Shown here piece by piece: positions 38,600 through 52,137 of a DNA stretch of 64,000 bases. Numbering within the stretch: position 1 is the stretch's first letter; each line of letters opens with the position of its first letter. Both the position numbers and the translations under genes were made by a program. The notes under the pieces were generated by a model. It was not told the DNA's origin and searched no databases. It saw only the letters and a program-made list of their open reading frames with translations. This stretch comes from Octopus sinensis (lineage: Eukaryota): NCBI RefSeq assembly GCF_006345805.1, contig NC_043001.1, positions 64,356,001-64,420,000 on the forward strand. Reading direction: 5' to 3'.

Positions 38600-40190
38600 G
38601 TGCTTTTTACATGGCACCAACACTAGTAAGGTCTGCTTTGGCATGGCTTTTAATACTGGATACCCTTCTTTATACCAGCTGCTTTTCACATGGAACTAGC
38701 ACCAATGAGGTCTGCTTCTGGCATGGCTTTTTTACAGCTGGATGTCCTTAACACTATCCACTTTACAGAGTAGACTGGGTGCTTTTAATGTGGCACCTAC
38801 TCTGGCAAGGTATGCTTTGACATAGTTTTTATGGCTGGATGCCCTTCCAAATGCCAATCACTTTACAGAGTGGACTGGACGTTTTTACATGCACCAACAC
38901 TGGTGAGGTCACCAAGTAACTTGCAAGACAACAATTCATCCTTTAAGAGAGGGAATGATTTTGAAGGAGGTAGCTTTGTGCCAGGTGATGAGAGGTTAGA
39001 GTATGACAGAAGGATAGGTGTCTTGCTGTAGAGGAGATACATAGTTATCCCAATCACAGTGGAAGAGCAAGAGTGATAGTTGCTGTGTCAGGGTATGCTC
39101 TCAAAGTATGAAGATGTGAATACAAATGGGTCTGTAGAGAATTACCCACAGTGCATGAGTAGGGAGTTCATGTGAATGCAATAAGCGGAGAAGGGTGAAA
39201 TGCAGTGACTTGGTAAAACCTGGGTATAGAGGGGGTACAACAAGATAGCAATGACACAGTTGGCAGGGTAGTGATGATAGGCTTAGGCTGCAGAAGTGGG
39301 AGAGATAAGCATAGAGCATGAAGAGGAGAGATGTAGTTTGGTTTATTGGAGTAGGTTGGAACACAGCATTTTCAAAAGTCAGTTTTGCTGAGGTGGATGG
39401 GTCTTCTCAAGAACCTTGTATCACCAGAAATTTTGGTTCATTGTCATTTGTTCCATGAGACCAAATCTTGAGATTGGCCTTCCTAGTTCATCCCATGTCT
39501 TTACCAGCCAGTTTAAGCAGTTGGCATTTCTTTATACAACAGTCTTCATTCATTGTCATCACATGTCTAAACTAATGTAGTTTTCTCTTTTGTAAGCTGC
39601 ATCTGATTCTACTTTTGCTCAACTTTTCTCTCAGCACATTTGCACTTTGCTATACATACTCACTAATGTTGCATATCCATAGGAATATACTAGCTCCATT
39701 CCTCTCTAGTTTATGCATATCTTCTCCATTCAGGGCCCACATCTCACTACCATTGAGTACAGTAGTTTGTACACAAGCAGCATACAATTTTCCTTTCACT
39801 CTGAGAGAGTCCTTTTGTTGCCAACAGAGGTAAAAACTCTAAACTTTCTCCTGCCTATTCTTATTTTAACAACAATACTTCACCACTGGTAATTTGGTCA
39901 TATAAGTAACAGAAACTATTGACAACCTTGAGGCAGCATCCTGGGCATTTAAGAAAGTCTAATTCATGTGTGTCCTTAGTGCTTATTCTTCCTGGCATCT
40001 GCCAGATACAAAGACGATTTTCTCTGTTAATCTTCATGTGATTCCACTGTACCTCTTATATGTCCATAGCTTATACTGGATGCAATGAATAGATTTTCTT
40101 CCAACACTTTGCCTGGATACCATTGGTTTTATGTTGAAAGAAATAACATTTATCAAACCTTCCACTTGGGATTTTGGTGTTTGTCTCCAT
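38600..40190 (-). mobile_element. 5'-truncated RTE copy (includes an eroded PHD segment)
   Basis: RKSIHCIQYKLWTYKRYSGIT at ~40034-40110; RTE 3' coding region and UTR downstream. Confidence 0.75.
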
Positions 40191-40239
40191 CTTGGATAAA
40201 AACATGACAGAGTCACATGAGAGTGAGCAAGATTTTGGA

Positions 40240-43200
40240 ATAAACAAATAAATATAAAAATAATAATAATGAAATTATTGTATACAGTGCTCAGGTGCAC
40301 TACAACTTGTCAAAAGTGCATATAAAGCATATGCAGTAATGTACAAATGTCTGGAAAATGAACAGTGTATGAGTCAGTTACATGCTTGTGCGTGTATGGA
40401 GGAGAGAAATCAGGTGTAGTGTTGGTGAATCTCAGGAAGCATGGAAGTTTTGAAGGATGCAGTGCTCTGATAACTAACAACTGATGCCGGCAGTTTGTTC
40501 CATGCTTCAGCAACTCTTAGCATGAAAAAATGTTTCTGAAAGTCATGGGAGCTGTGCTGTTTTCTGACTTTGTAAATATGTCCATGGGTGTTAGACAGGT
40601 GGAGTTTGAAAAGATGCTCAGAGTTGTTGTTTGTAAGATGGTTAATAATTTTATGGGTGTCTGCCAAGTCAGCTGCCAGATGTCGGAGTGAGTTTCAATG
40701 TGTCCATGCCCAGGGAAGTAAGGTGTTCAGAATATGGCAAATGCCTGATGGAGGGTATTCTTTTGGTTGCATGTCGCTGAACGGCTTCCAGACAATTTTA
40801 TATCCTGGGCAAGATAGGGGTTCCAGACCGGTGATGCAAATTCCAGGTGAGGTCGTACCATAGCTATATAAAACCGCAGAGAAATAGCCGGAGAGCGGCT
40901 CACAAAAGACTTGGTGAGTGATTTCAAGACACCCTCTGCCTTCTTGGCAATTTTAGCGATGTGTTTTGTCCAACACAAATCGCTGTCAACAATAACACCC
41001 AGGTCACGTTCACACGAAGACTGTTTGAGATTAGTGTTGTGGAGGGAGTAAGTAGATGCTGGGTTTTCCTCCCAAAATGCATGGTGGTACATTTGTCCAC
41101 AGCCAGCCTGAGTTGCCAGTCCATGATCCACTGCTGCATTGTGTCCAGGTCTGATTGCAATAGAGATCTATAGTGTACAGGATCTGACCTCTTTATTTCG
41201 AGGTACAGCTTGATGTCATCTGCATATTTCAGCACTGTGGCATTCTTTAAGTTGGCATCTATATCATTAACATATGCAACAAATAAAAGGGGGCCAAAAA
41301 CAGATCCCTGTGGTACACAAGATGTCATCTCATAGGGTGGAGAGTGCTGTCCTAGAACAGTGACAACCACTTTTCGGCCGAAAATAAAGGACTTCAACCA
41401 CTTATAGAGATCGTCTCTTACGCCCAACGCAGAGAGTTTCACCATAAGTCTTTTGTGTGGCACAGAGTTAAAAGCCTTAGCAAAGTCCAGGTAAACAACA
41501 TCCACCCAGGATCCGCGATCAGTGATTTGGGTAACGTCCTCAAGAAACTCGATGAGTTGATTACAGCAGCTGGAGTTAGGAATAAATCCAAATTGTGACG
41601 GCTGGATGAGGCTGTGAGACTTCCAGAAGTTCCAGAGGGTTTCCCTGACACAGGATTCCATCAGTTTGGCAATGCAGCTAGTAAGACTAACAGGGCGATA
41701 GTTGACAGGCGATGTGTGGTCACCTTTTTTGAACAGAGGGATAACACTGGCAGTTTTCCACTGCTCTGGAGTAACACCATTGTCAAGACAGAATTGGAAG
41801 AATAGCAAAAGTTGGCTTAGAAGAAAGTACTCACCGCGTTTGAGAAGTAGATATGTAACACCATCGAGACCAGGAGAGGCATAGTTGTGTTTATTCTTAA
41901 GGTGGCATTGTAGCATTGCTGGTGTAAATTTCATAGTAGATATAGAGTCTGGTGTCAGAGGTGATGAAGATGGAACATTTTGGTCTTTGACAGTAAAGAT
42001 GCCTGCATAGCATCCAGCAATGATTTCTGCACATTCTTTGAGATTGCCAGTAATCTGCCCTGTGTGGGGATTGCGAAGGGGACCAACTGGAGAGTGAGGT
42101 CTCTGCTTTGAGTGTACATACTTCCAGAACACTTTGCTGCCAGGGTTGGTTGCTATGCATTGTTTGAATTCAAGCACTGCCTTTTTTGTCACCTGCTTGA
42201 GGTGACTGGCTGATCTATTGCGCTTTTTCCTGTTGAAGTCTGGTTTGTGCAATTTGTATTCCTGTTCAGCCTTACGGTGTCCTTTCCTGGCAAGTCGGAC
42301 TGCTGCAGTCTCCCAAATTGCACTATTGTGTGGTTTTTTGTGCTTGCGTGGTACTGATGCTGCACATGCTGCCCATATTGAATTCAGAATGTTCTGAAGT
42401 ATAGTGTTCACATCTCCAGATGCATAAAATTTGAGCCAGTTTGGGCATTGCAGCTCAGTACAATAAGAGCTCCAGTCTGCTTTATTCCAGTCAAAGCGGG
42501 CAGTCTGAAGATGGTTGTGGTTTTTGTTACAACCAATCAGAGACAAGTTGGCCATGATCATGGAATGATGAGAGTCACTTAAAGGTTCTTCAGTAGTGAC
42601 ACTAATAATTGTTTCAGGAGAAGTGGTAAGTAGCAGATCCAAAGTGTTGTTACCCCTTGTGGGGGAGGTAACGACTTGGGACCAATTTGAATCCAGCACC
42701 AGTTCAAGAAAATCACCTGCACTTTGCGGCCAATGGAAGGCCTCCCAGTCAATCCCAGGGAAATTGAAGTGCCCCACAATATAAACATAAGTGGCTGTTT
42801 TCATGACGGCAGCTCTGAGGATATCAAAAAGTTGTGTGTCTTGACGATAATTTGGGTGGCGGTAAACAACTCCAAGCAGAAGTGTTGACATGGTCACATG
42901 TATATTGCAGAAAAATACTTCCTGCTGAGATTGGTTCAAATCATCACAAGGAATTGCCGATAGATTTGATCGAACATAGACCATTACACCCCCTCCAAGG
43001 CGATTAATGCGGCCTTTGCGGAACAGGTTGTAGCCAGCTATGCTGAAAACTCCATCACAGAGTGCAGAATGTGCCCATGTTTCCGTGACTGTGATGAAAT
43101 CTGGGTTGATACTTTTGACGTAAGAGTCAAAAAGATGTACCTTGTTGCATAAACTATGGGCATTCAAAGACAGCAGTTTGTATCTGGATTTCAGATGGCG

Positions 43201-43845
43201 ATGATATACAGGGGATGGCTTATTGTTCTTGGTTAGTTTCCCAAGGTTTTGTATTGCCAGTTGTTGTTGTGGGTGCAGTTTGCTCAGTCCAACTGGTATC
43301 CCTTATCCACGATCACCAGACTTGATAAATTTCCATATTTGCCCATCTTTGCGTAGGCTAAAGCTTTCCTGTGGCACAGAGTTGCGATTTAGGGAAGCTA
43401 CAGATCTTAACTTTGGGCGTACATCAGGTGGTAGGCCAGGACGTGTCCTAAAGGTGATTCTGTTTTCGTGCCGAGCCCTATCAGCAGCCAGATGGTATGC
43501 CCGCACCTCAGTAAAGTTTGAAAACATCAGCCTGATCAGTCTGGGTTTGGATCCTGGTTGGCCAAGGTGGAAAGCACTTTTTGGAGGAACACAGCTGAGG
43601 TCCTTAGATGTGTTTCCAGTGAATGCCTGCAGATCTACCACATCTTCCGGCACTCCAATGGCAATTACCTCATGAGCGGTTGATTCAGCAACTTCCTCGA
43701 TGCGTCGAGGTTCCGTACGAGCTACAGGTAAGTTGCTGAGAAAGGCACTCCAATACGACCCCTCGCTGTGAGGTTTTGCACAGATGCTGGTTTTGATTCC
43801 TGCTATTTCGCGACTTAAAGCGACATAGATATCAACTCCCAATTA
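40240..43845 (-). mobile_element. CR1-group LINE, 5'-truncated in ORF1, ORF2 largely intact (APE + RT)
   Basis: 747-aa frame: LNAHSL, ITVTETW, GGGVM, NNTLDLL, PGLDG, NYRPVSLTS, YLDFAKAFNSVPH, VPQGSVFGPLLF, YADD. Frameshift near 41050; tail ending in (ATT)n at ~40250-40270. Confidence 0.93.
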
Positions 43846-44829
43846 TTATCTCACTTACATTAATTTGAATTAAAAAATATGCACATATGTATGTCCATGC
43901 ATAGTAAATGTGTGTCCATGCACACACACACACACACTGACCCACATGACCACACCTGCGTTATGCATTTTGAGTGTGTGTACTTAATGAATGTGAAGTT
44001 TTACATATCTTTACATATTCTGGTATCAAATACATATGAATATATGCATGTGTGTATGACACTGCATATGCATATATACACAAACAAACTTCTGGAAGCA
44101 AAAAGTGTGTGTGTTTGTGTGTATATATATATATATAGGTGGATGTAATTATTCAAATGGATTCCTCACTCAATTTATCTTCTCACATCACCCTACTACC
44201 AACATTCCTCCCACTGCTGCTCTCCCCCTCGACCGCTTCTGATACCACTTTTCTTTCTTGCTATTCAAAACCATTTCATTTGTTATCTATTAATATTATT
44301 CCATAGACCCACATGTTACACTGGTCATTCCACCCCAGCTCCTTTATCCCCACTGGATCACCAAATTATCTCTCTCATGCACTTTGCCTCTCTTTCTCTT
44401 CCCCCACTCCCTCCTGCAACCTATCCAAACATATGTCGTCTTTCACTTGTCCTTCTCCTGTCTGTTGTATCATTACTATTCTGTTACTAGCATCCATCTA
44501 CCTTTCCCAACTCATGAATCACTGGCTCTCTACCATCCCCGTGTCCATCACCCCTCCATTCACCCTTCAACCCTACAGCTGTTTCCTCCTCCCCTCTCCC
44601 ATTTCCCCTGTCTTTTGCTTCACTCCATACTTTCTTGCAAACCCTAACACACTCCTAGCTTATCTGTCCCCACTCACTACTGCTCACCTCATAACCCCTA
44701 ATTGTCTCTTCAGAGATACTAGTGGTTCATTCTCACTTTCCCCTAAATGTAAGTAGTCATGTAGCTCCTCTACAACTAGAAGCAACCCTTTCTTTCATAA
44801 TTCCTACCTAGCATAAAGAAGCACTCCTA

Positions 44830-45066
44830 CCTATTGTTTTATAGACTTGTGAGCTGCATGGTGACTTCGCTAGTACCAATGGCATGAAAGAGCAACCAGT
44901 ACACACTTTGGTGGTTGGTATTAGGAAGACCATCTAGCTGTAGAAACCATGCCAGATTAGACACTAGAACACAATGTAGTCCTTGGACTCATCTGATCTT
45001 GTCAAACCATCCTACTCATGCCAACATGGAACATGGATGTTAAATGATGATGATGATGATGATGAT
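44830..45066 (+). mobile_element. RTE-related 3' tail ending in (GAT)n
   Basis: gtggttggtattaggaagaccatctagctgtagaaac...gttaaatgatgatgatg matches the tail at 60820-60980. Confidence 0.7.
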
Positions 45067-45078
45067 GTGTGTGTATAT

Positions 45079-45122
<44 letters not shown>

Positions 45123-45275
45123 TGGATTAAGTTAGAGGTTATAACAACCATCTAAGGGATACTTGTATCCAATGAATCCACTAGTGTATTACCTATATTT
45201 AATCATGTGCATTAGTAGTAATGATCATAAATGATAGGTAATGACAAAAATAAACTTAATTTTATCAATATTCAT

Positions 45276-45463
45276 GGAAAGCAGAAAATGGAGATATAAT
45301 TGATGAATAACAATTGATTTACATCAATTATCATTTATTAATTTATTACAAAAGACAGAATCTCAACTCTTAGTTGAGATTCTGTCTTTTTGTAATTAAT
45401 TAATAAATGATAATTGATGTAAATCAATTGTTATTCATCAATTATATCTCCATTTTCTGCTTT

Positions 45464-45465
<2 letters not shown>
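45276..45465. repeat. Near-perfect palindrome, 93/94-bp arms, 3-nt loop
   Basis: ggaaagcagaaaatgg...atctcaact-ctt-agttgagat...ccattttctgctttcc; one mismatch and one indel. Confidence 0.95.
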
Positions 45466-45500
<35 letters not shown>

Positions 45501-45502
<2 letters not shown>

Positions 45503-46735
45503 GGGTATTTAAAAAAATTTGGTATCATCTGAGATTTAATGTTGAGCAAAATTTGAATGAGAAATTCAAAGGTATGTGGATTCCACGAACGATTTCACAA
45601 ATGTTCAATATGTGCACTGCCTGAGACACAGAACATGTCAAGTCGGTTGTCCAGCTCTTCCCAAACATGTTGCAGCATGCCTTCGGTAACAGTCTCCAGT
45701 GCAGTAGTGATTCTCTGCTCGAGTTCATCTAGGTTTGCAGGAAGAGTGGGGACGTAGACCAGGCCCTTCACATAGCCCCAGAAAAAAAAAATCACAAGGT
45801 GAACTTGGTGGCCATTTCAACAGCATATTGTCTTCTTCACCAACATGCCTGATCCATCTCCCTAGCAGATTGTCATTGAGATAAGCCCACACAGTGAGCT
45901 CCCAGTGAAGTGGAGCCCCATCCTGTTGAAAAATGAAGTCTTCATGTTCATTTGCAATGAGCTCATCCATTAGCCAGTTCTGAAGTATTTACAGATAAAC
46001 ATCACCAGTCACATTTCCCTCAAATAAAAACAGGCCATTAAGATGCTTTTTGGAGGTGGCGCAGGACACATTCACTTTTGGTGAATCCCTCTCATGCTCA
46101 ACTGTGGCATGGGGATTTTCTTCACCCCAAATGTGAACATTATGTTTATTGACTTTGCCATTCGTATGAAATGTGGCCTCACCACTGAAAACAAGACATT
46201 CCTTGAACTTGGCTTCTTCAAGTTTCTCTTGAATATCAACACAATTGTTTGCTCTTTCACTTGTCATCTGCCGTTATGGACTGAACAAGCTGCAGCTTGT
46301 AAGGTTTCATTAGCATGCATTTCCAAAGGATGCACCAAACTGTTGTTGGAGGAATCTGGGTTTCCAGCTTTGTTCTTCTTATGGACTTCTTGGGGCTTCA
46401 CAAGAGTTTTTGGTGAACCCGCTTGAATGTCTCTTCTGATGTTAGTGATCGCCCAGATCCTTTTGCCCTGCACAGACAGCTTTCCTCTTTGAACTTTTTG
46501 TGCCATGTCCAAATCTGCATTGCCATTGGTGATTTAGGGAACTCTCTCACAAATGCACATTACACAGTCTTGTTAGGAAGTGTTCAAACATACTCCAATA
46601 CACAAAATGCCTTTATCAAACATTAACCATAACATTTTGACCTGTTTATACACATGCTGTTATAATTTGAAGTCATTTGAACAAGAACTGGATTATTAGA
46701 TCGCGAAAGGATATCAAATTTTTTGAAACACCCTG
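45501..46735 (-). mobile_element. Tc1/mariner-superfamily transposon with both TIRs (DD41D-like spacing inferred), defective
   Basis: TIRs CAGGGTATTTAAAAAAATTTGGTATC and GATATCAAATTTTTTGAAACACCCTG|TA. Motifs: FSGEATFH, WGEENPH, FQQDGAP, WPP..SPCDFF. The DL part of WPPRSPDL is deleted. Confidence 0.88.
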
Positions 46736-47085
46736 TATATATATATTTATATATATTATAAAGGAGAACGCTGCTTATTAATTAGGTATGTAACAGTTAC
46801 TAAAATAAAGGCTTGATCGCCTGGAAATTTTTTTATAAATTCATGTTCCAAGAAATTTTGTATAATTTCAATTTCTGAAGTTTATTGAATTTTTGAACTC
46901 CAACTTTTCACAAATTTGAGTATTCGTTGCTCTCACTGCAGAGTATTCCATTTTCATTTGCAAAGTCTTTCACTCTTTATTTCAATATTTTCATTTCAAG
47001 TTTTAATTCACTATTTGGAAAACCCACAGTTTATTCTATATACATAATGTAAAAACATTATTTATTGAATGAAAATTTTTTAATA

Positions 47086-47256
47086 GGTGTAGGAGTGGGT
47101 GTGTGGTAAGTAGCTTGCTTACGAACCACATGGTTCCTGGTTCAGTCCCACTACGTGTCAATTTCGGCAAGTGTCTTCTACTATAGCATCGGGCCGACCA
47201 AAGCCTAGTGAGTGGATTTGGTAGACGGAAACAGAAAGAAGCTCGTCGTATATATG

Positions 47257-47287
<31 letters not shown>

Positions 47288-47485
47288 TTGTCCCCCCTAA
47301 CATCACTTGACAACCGACGGTGGTGTGTATACGTCCCCGTAACTTAGCGGTTTGGCAAAAGAGACTGATAGAATAAGTAGTAGGCTTACAAAGAATAAGT
47401 TCTGGGGTCGATTTGCTCGACTAAAGGCAGTGCTTCAGCATGGCCACTGTCAAATGACTGAAACAAGTAAAGGAGTAAAGGAGTA
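47086..47485 (+). mobile_element. Composite tRNA-derived SINE
   Basis: Same head, microsatellite and tail as 14352-14805. Confidence 0.85.
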
Positions 47486-47489
47486 ATAT

Positions 47490-49938
47490 ATCAGTATAAT
47501 TTTTCAAAAAAGATAAAGAAGTGATTTTGTTGTTATGGCTGATTGGAGCACTTACAATATTAACTATCTGAACTGATTTTGGCCATGATTTTTTGGAAGA
47601 ATTAGGTAGATGCACCAAGACAAAAGTAAAATTTCAAGTAAAAGAAAACGCCATACCAGTGTTTAAAACGAAGCGAGCTTTACCTTTCGTGGCATTGAAT
47701 CAAGTCAGCGAGAAATTAGATAGGTTAGAAAAGCTGGGAGTTACAGAAAAAAGTTGATTATTCAAAATGGGCAGCACCAACTGTTTATGTAAAGAAGAAC
47801 AATAACAAAATACAAGTATGCGTGGACTTTTCAACAAGTTTGAACAAATGTTTAAGGACATACAATTATCCACTACCAAGCCCAGAGGAAATTTTTGCAA
47901 AATTCAATGGAGGAAAATTTTTCTCAAAATTGGACTTGTTGGAGGCATATTTACAGTTACAAGTCAAGGAAGAATGTTTGAAATTATTAACGATAAACTC
48001 TCATAAAGGTTTATATAAATTCAATCAACTTCCTTTCAGGATAAAGGTGGCACCTAGTATTTTCCAACAGGTGACGGACATGATGCTTGTGGATAGGAAT
48101 TCCACTATAGCGTATTTGGATGACATACTCATAAAAAGTGAGTCTAGAGGCCAGTATGAAGAACATGTTAAAATGTTTTTTGTGAAGATAAAAGGAGTAC
48201 GGATTCAAATTCATTGAGGAAAAAGGTGAATTTTGCATGCCAGAAATAAAGTATCTAGGGCAAGTTATCAATAAAAATGGTCACAAGCTAGATCCTTCAA
48301 GATCGACTGCAATAAAAAATATGCCTACCCTGAAAAATATTACAACATTACAAGCATTCTTAGGGCTTGTGAACAATTACCAAACATACATGAGCTAAGA
48401 GCACCCCTAAACAACCTATCGAAAAAATGCATAAAATGGTATTGGTCAGACAGGTGTCAAAAGGTGTTCGAAGAAATTAAAAAAGTTTTAACATTGGAAC
48501 TGTCAATATCACACTTTGATCCTAATTTAGAAGTAGTAGTAGCATCAGATGCTACTGAAAGTGGTATAGGAGCAGTAATTTTACACAAGTATGAAAATGG
48601 TAGTGTAAAACCCATTTCTCATGCTTCACATTCATTGTTGGCAGCTGAAAAAACTACAGCCAAATTGAGAAGACAGCACTAGCCATTATTTTGCTGTGAA
48701 AAAATTTCACAAATTCATACATGAAAGGAAATTTAGTCTGCAAACAGATCACTGCCCATTGTTATCAATTTACAGATTGAAAAAGGGTGTCCCCACACAT
48801 TCAGAACCAATTGCAGCATTGGGGGACAAGCATGCTAAATTATGATTTTAAGGTAGAATTTCTACCATCAAAAATACAATGAACCATTTGAGGACATGGT
48901 AATAGCAGCATTAAAAGCCAAAATCAAAATAGAAAATATACTCTGCAACATAGTATATGAACTACTTGTCACCTTAGAAGAAATAAAAATTAAAGCAAAG
49001 AAGTGTGCATTCATAATAAAAATGAAAAAATAGTGAAGTTTGAAACAAATACAAAATCTCATGTAACCGAGCGTAACAATTTCAAGATAGTATTCCATAT
49101 GTGATGACATACTTATGTATGCTCAGAGGGTTGTAATACCTGTTTCTTTGCAAAACCATATGTTAAAAGAATTCCACATGGGACACCCAGGACTTGCAAG
49201 AATAAAGGCATTGATGAGAAGCTATGTTTACTGGCCAACTATGGATCAGGATATTGAAAAATTGGTGAAAGCCTGCAGGAGTTGTGTCCTGGCAGCAAAG
49301 GCATTGAAAATAAGGTGAAATACTTCAAAATCAGTGACATGGTTCTTTTCAAAAATATACAGAAACGGAAAAGAAAGTTGGGAAGAAGGTATAATAAGTA
49401 AACATTTAGGAAGAGTAATGTACACAGTAAAAGGTCATACATGGGAATGCAAGAGACACCTAAACCAACTGAACAAAAAGTTTATGGAAGAAAGAATAAG
49501 ACATGAAGAGCCAATGGAATTTGTTTATGCCATTTTTGTCATACTGCTACCCCAAGGAATAATTGAACCAACGAGTATAGTGATTAGTAAAAAAAAAGCA
49601 AACAGAACTTTTGCAAGTAGACCCAAAATGAAAAAAATATTCCAGTTTCTTCCTGGAAAATTTTTTTTAAAAAAGGTTGGGGAGGTGGTAATAAAGATAA
49701 TAAATAAAAGAAAAATATTGGCTTCCAACGAAAGTCAAACTCAAAAAGGGGAGATGTAGTGAAATCCTGACACCCTTGTTGGATAGCAATTCAACTGTCC
49801 TAAACTGTATCAAGGTGCATGCACATTGTAAGTGAGAGACAATGTGGTGTGTGCAGGCGCTTTGTGAAGACAGTTGTAGAAGTCGTTGAGAAGAGATATT
49901 GTTTGTTACGTGTTGTTTCTGATTAATATTTGTATTGT
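47490..49938 (+). mobile_element. Gypsy LTR retrotransposon remnant (RT, RNase H, integrase zinc finger, PPT, start of 3' LTR)
   Basis: YPLPSPEEIF, FSKLDL, YLDDIL, ASDATESGIGAV, HMGHPG...YWP...CRSC; integrase core deleted. PPT AAAAAGGGGAGA is followed by TG at 49755; the LTR-like sequence is cut off at ~49939 by the tandem array. Confidence 0.88.
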
Positions 49939-50103
49939 ACGTAAAGTGTACTAGCCATTTCATTGTGGCTAGCCACTGGGGGTGGGTGTTACTGAAGCTT
50001 TTAGCCCCAGGAGGTCATCGTCTCCAGCTGGCTTTAGACACACTTTCTGTGCCCTTCTGATATTCGCAAAGGGAGGTCATCCCCTCTCGAAAACCTAAGT
50101 GAT

Positions 50104-50150
50104 ACGCACAGACTATAGTTTCGAGGTTTTTGCCTCTCGTCAACGTACGC
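50104..50150 (-). ncRNA. Type I hammerhead ribozyme (U3 core variant), unit 1
   Basis: GCGUACG-UUGACGA-GAGG(CAAAAA)CCUC-GAAA-CUAUAG-UC^-UGUGCGU. Predicted cleavage between 50111 and 50110. Confidence 0.8.
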
Positions 50151-50347
50151 TAATCACCGGTTTTCGATTGGATTTATCTTTATTATAGGCACGATGACCC
50201 AAATTAAGAGGGGACATCACAATCAGGACATGGGGTACATATAATAAAAAAAAATTGAAAAATATGAAGTGAAATGAATATAATGGATTAGATGGAATGG
50301 CTTACGAGCCCCCCAAAACTCGCAGCTTCATTTAAAACACAGTTCTG

Positions 50348-51672
50348 CTATACTGGTCGTTCATCTGTCAGGTATTCTATCAACCTCTCCTGATCCACAA
50401 TAGCTGGCAAAGGGTCATAACGTACATATAACCATTCACATACACTATAATCATCTCTCATTTTCTCCAATGTCTCTCTCTCCACGATTACCGCCTTCCA
50501 CTGGTCATCATATATTTCTGGGTTCAACTTTACTCTAATTAAACCTTTCCTACCTGCCAACATCTTTTCCGTATTTTTGTCCTTGAAATATAACATTACC
50601 ATTCTGTGTTTCTTTCCTTTGGGTCTTCCTCTTCTCTTACAAACTTTCAACTGCTCTTCCATTCTTCTGTCCCATTCTTCCTCTGCTGTTAATTTTGCTG
50701 GTTCACTTGCTTTTGCTTCTGCATCACTCCCTTCGCACGTTCGGTCTTTCCTCTCGTCAGTAATATTGTTTTTCGCTTTTTTCTTCTTTTTTTTTGTTCT
50801 TTGGGTGGTGATTCCGCCCGCGTTCTTTTTCTATTTTCTTTCTCCAACTCTTCACCACTTTCCACATTATCTGTAGTGATGATTTCCTCCTTCACACACG
50901 CATCTTTCCACTCCTTCGTTAAAGCCTCCAGTGCTATCGTTTTTTCCTGCACTTCTCCCAGCGGACACACATCCTTCATGTGGCCTCTTATTTTGCAATT
51001 GTAACACACTGGGGGTCTCCCCTCCACCACGACTCTAAGACGTGTCTCATCAGGGAACACCAACTCCTCTGGGATGTTGTACAGGTCTGGCACGGTTATA
51101 TGTACCAGAACCTGCACCGCATATCCCCACCACTTTACTTCTGTTGACCTTTCCACCTTCAACACCTCAGCTCTTTCCTTGCAGTTGAAAACCACTGCCG
51201 CTAGAATCCTTTCCATATTAAGTTCCAGTGAAATCCTACCGATTCTTATTCTTACTGCCCTCTTTCCGCAGTAACTTGGTAATAATGTCCATCTTTCAGA
51301 TTTCAAAATTTTCGTGGCATTCCTTCTCACTTCATTTTCATTTTTAAAATGGACAACCACTGTAGCGTATTTTCTTCCTCTATTGTAAAAGGTAGGTTCT
51401 CCCTCAATTCCCTGCAGACATTTCTCTATTTCCTCCGTCTCTGCCACTTCTATTTTCTTTGAAGCCACGCTCCAAGTTCTGTATGTTATCATACGTTTTT
51501 CCGCTTCTTTTGCTTCTTCTTCAGACGGTGTGACTCTCACACAATCACCTTCCTTCTTCAAGCTGTCGAAATATTTTTCTAAAGTCTCTTTCTCGACTAC
51601 CACTTCTTCCAGCTCTAGTTCACTTGCAGTCAGGCCTCTGCCTGCCGCTCCCACATACGTCTGGGCTTACAT
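50348..51672 (-). pseudogene. LINE ORF1/Gag-like protein, unit 1 (disrupted)
   Basis: ATG at 51672-51670 is immediately followed by TAA (CAA in unit 2), and there is a frameshift in an A-run near 50790. The knuckle CYNCKIRGHMKDVC is intact. Confidence 0.85.
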
Positions 51673-52092
51673 TTTCGAAAAATCTCCAAAATAAATTCAC
51701 CACGTCTCAATGGCCTCCACCAACGAACTCGAACTCACAACCTCGACACACCAATAACGCAATCAAAAATTCCGACACCAAAAAAAAAAGCGGTTTTCGA
51801 TCGGAGAGACCTGTTTGCGAATATTTATTTAATGTTTTTCCCAGCAACCACTGTCACTGATTTCAAAAAACTGTCTGAAAGCATTAATAAATCTCCGAAC
51901 GAGATGTAAGCAGTAACCGCTCGACAACGTAAAGTGTACTAGCCATCTCAATGTGGCTAGCCACTGGGGGGCGGGTGTTACTGAAGCTTTTAGCCCCAGG
52001 AGTTCATCATCTGCAGCTGGCTTTAGACACACTTTCTGTGCCTTCTGATATTTGCAAAGGGAGGTCATCCCCTCTCGGAAACCTAAGTGATA

Positions 52093-52137
52093 CGCACGGA
52101 CTATAGTTTCGAGGTTTTTGCCTCTCGTCAACATACG
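52093..52137 (-). ncRNA. Type I hammerhead ribozyme (U3 core variant), unit 2
   Basis: CGUAUG-UUGACGA-GAGG(CAAAAA)CCUC-GAAA-CUAUAG-UC^-CGUGCG. Predicted cleavage between 52099 and 52098. Confidence 0.8.

Noticed and set aside
51929-52030. HDV-like ribozyme or second hammerhead in the CTAGCCA/TGGCTAG hairpin region of the array
   Set aside because: P3/L3 cannot be formed on either strand, and GAUGAUGA is not followed by a stem II plus GAAA. It remains a conserved hairpin of unknown role.
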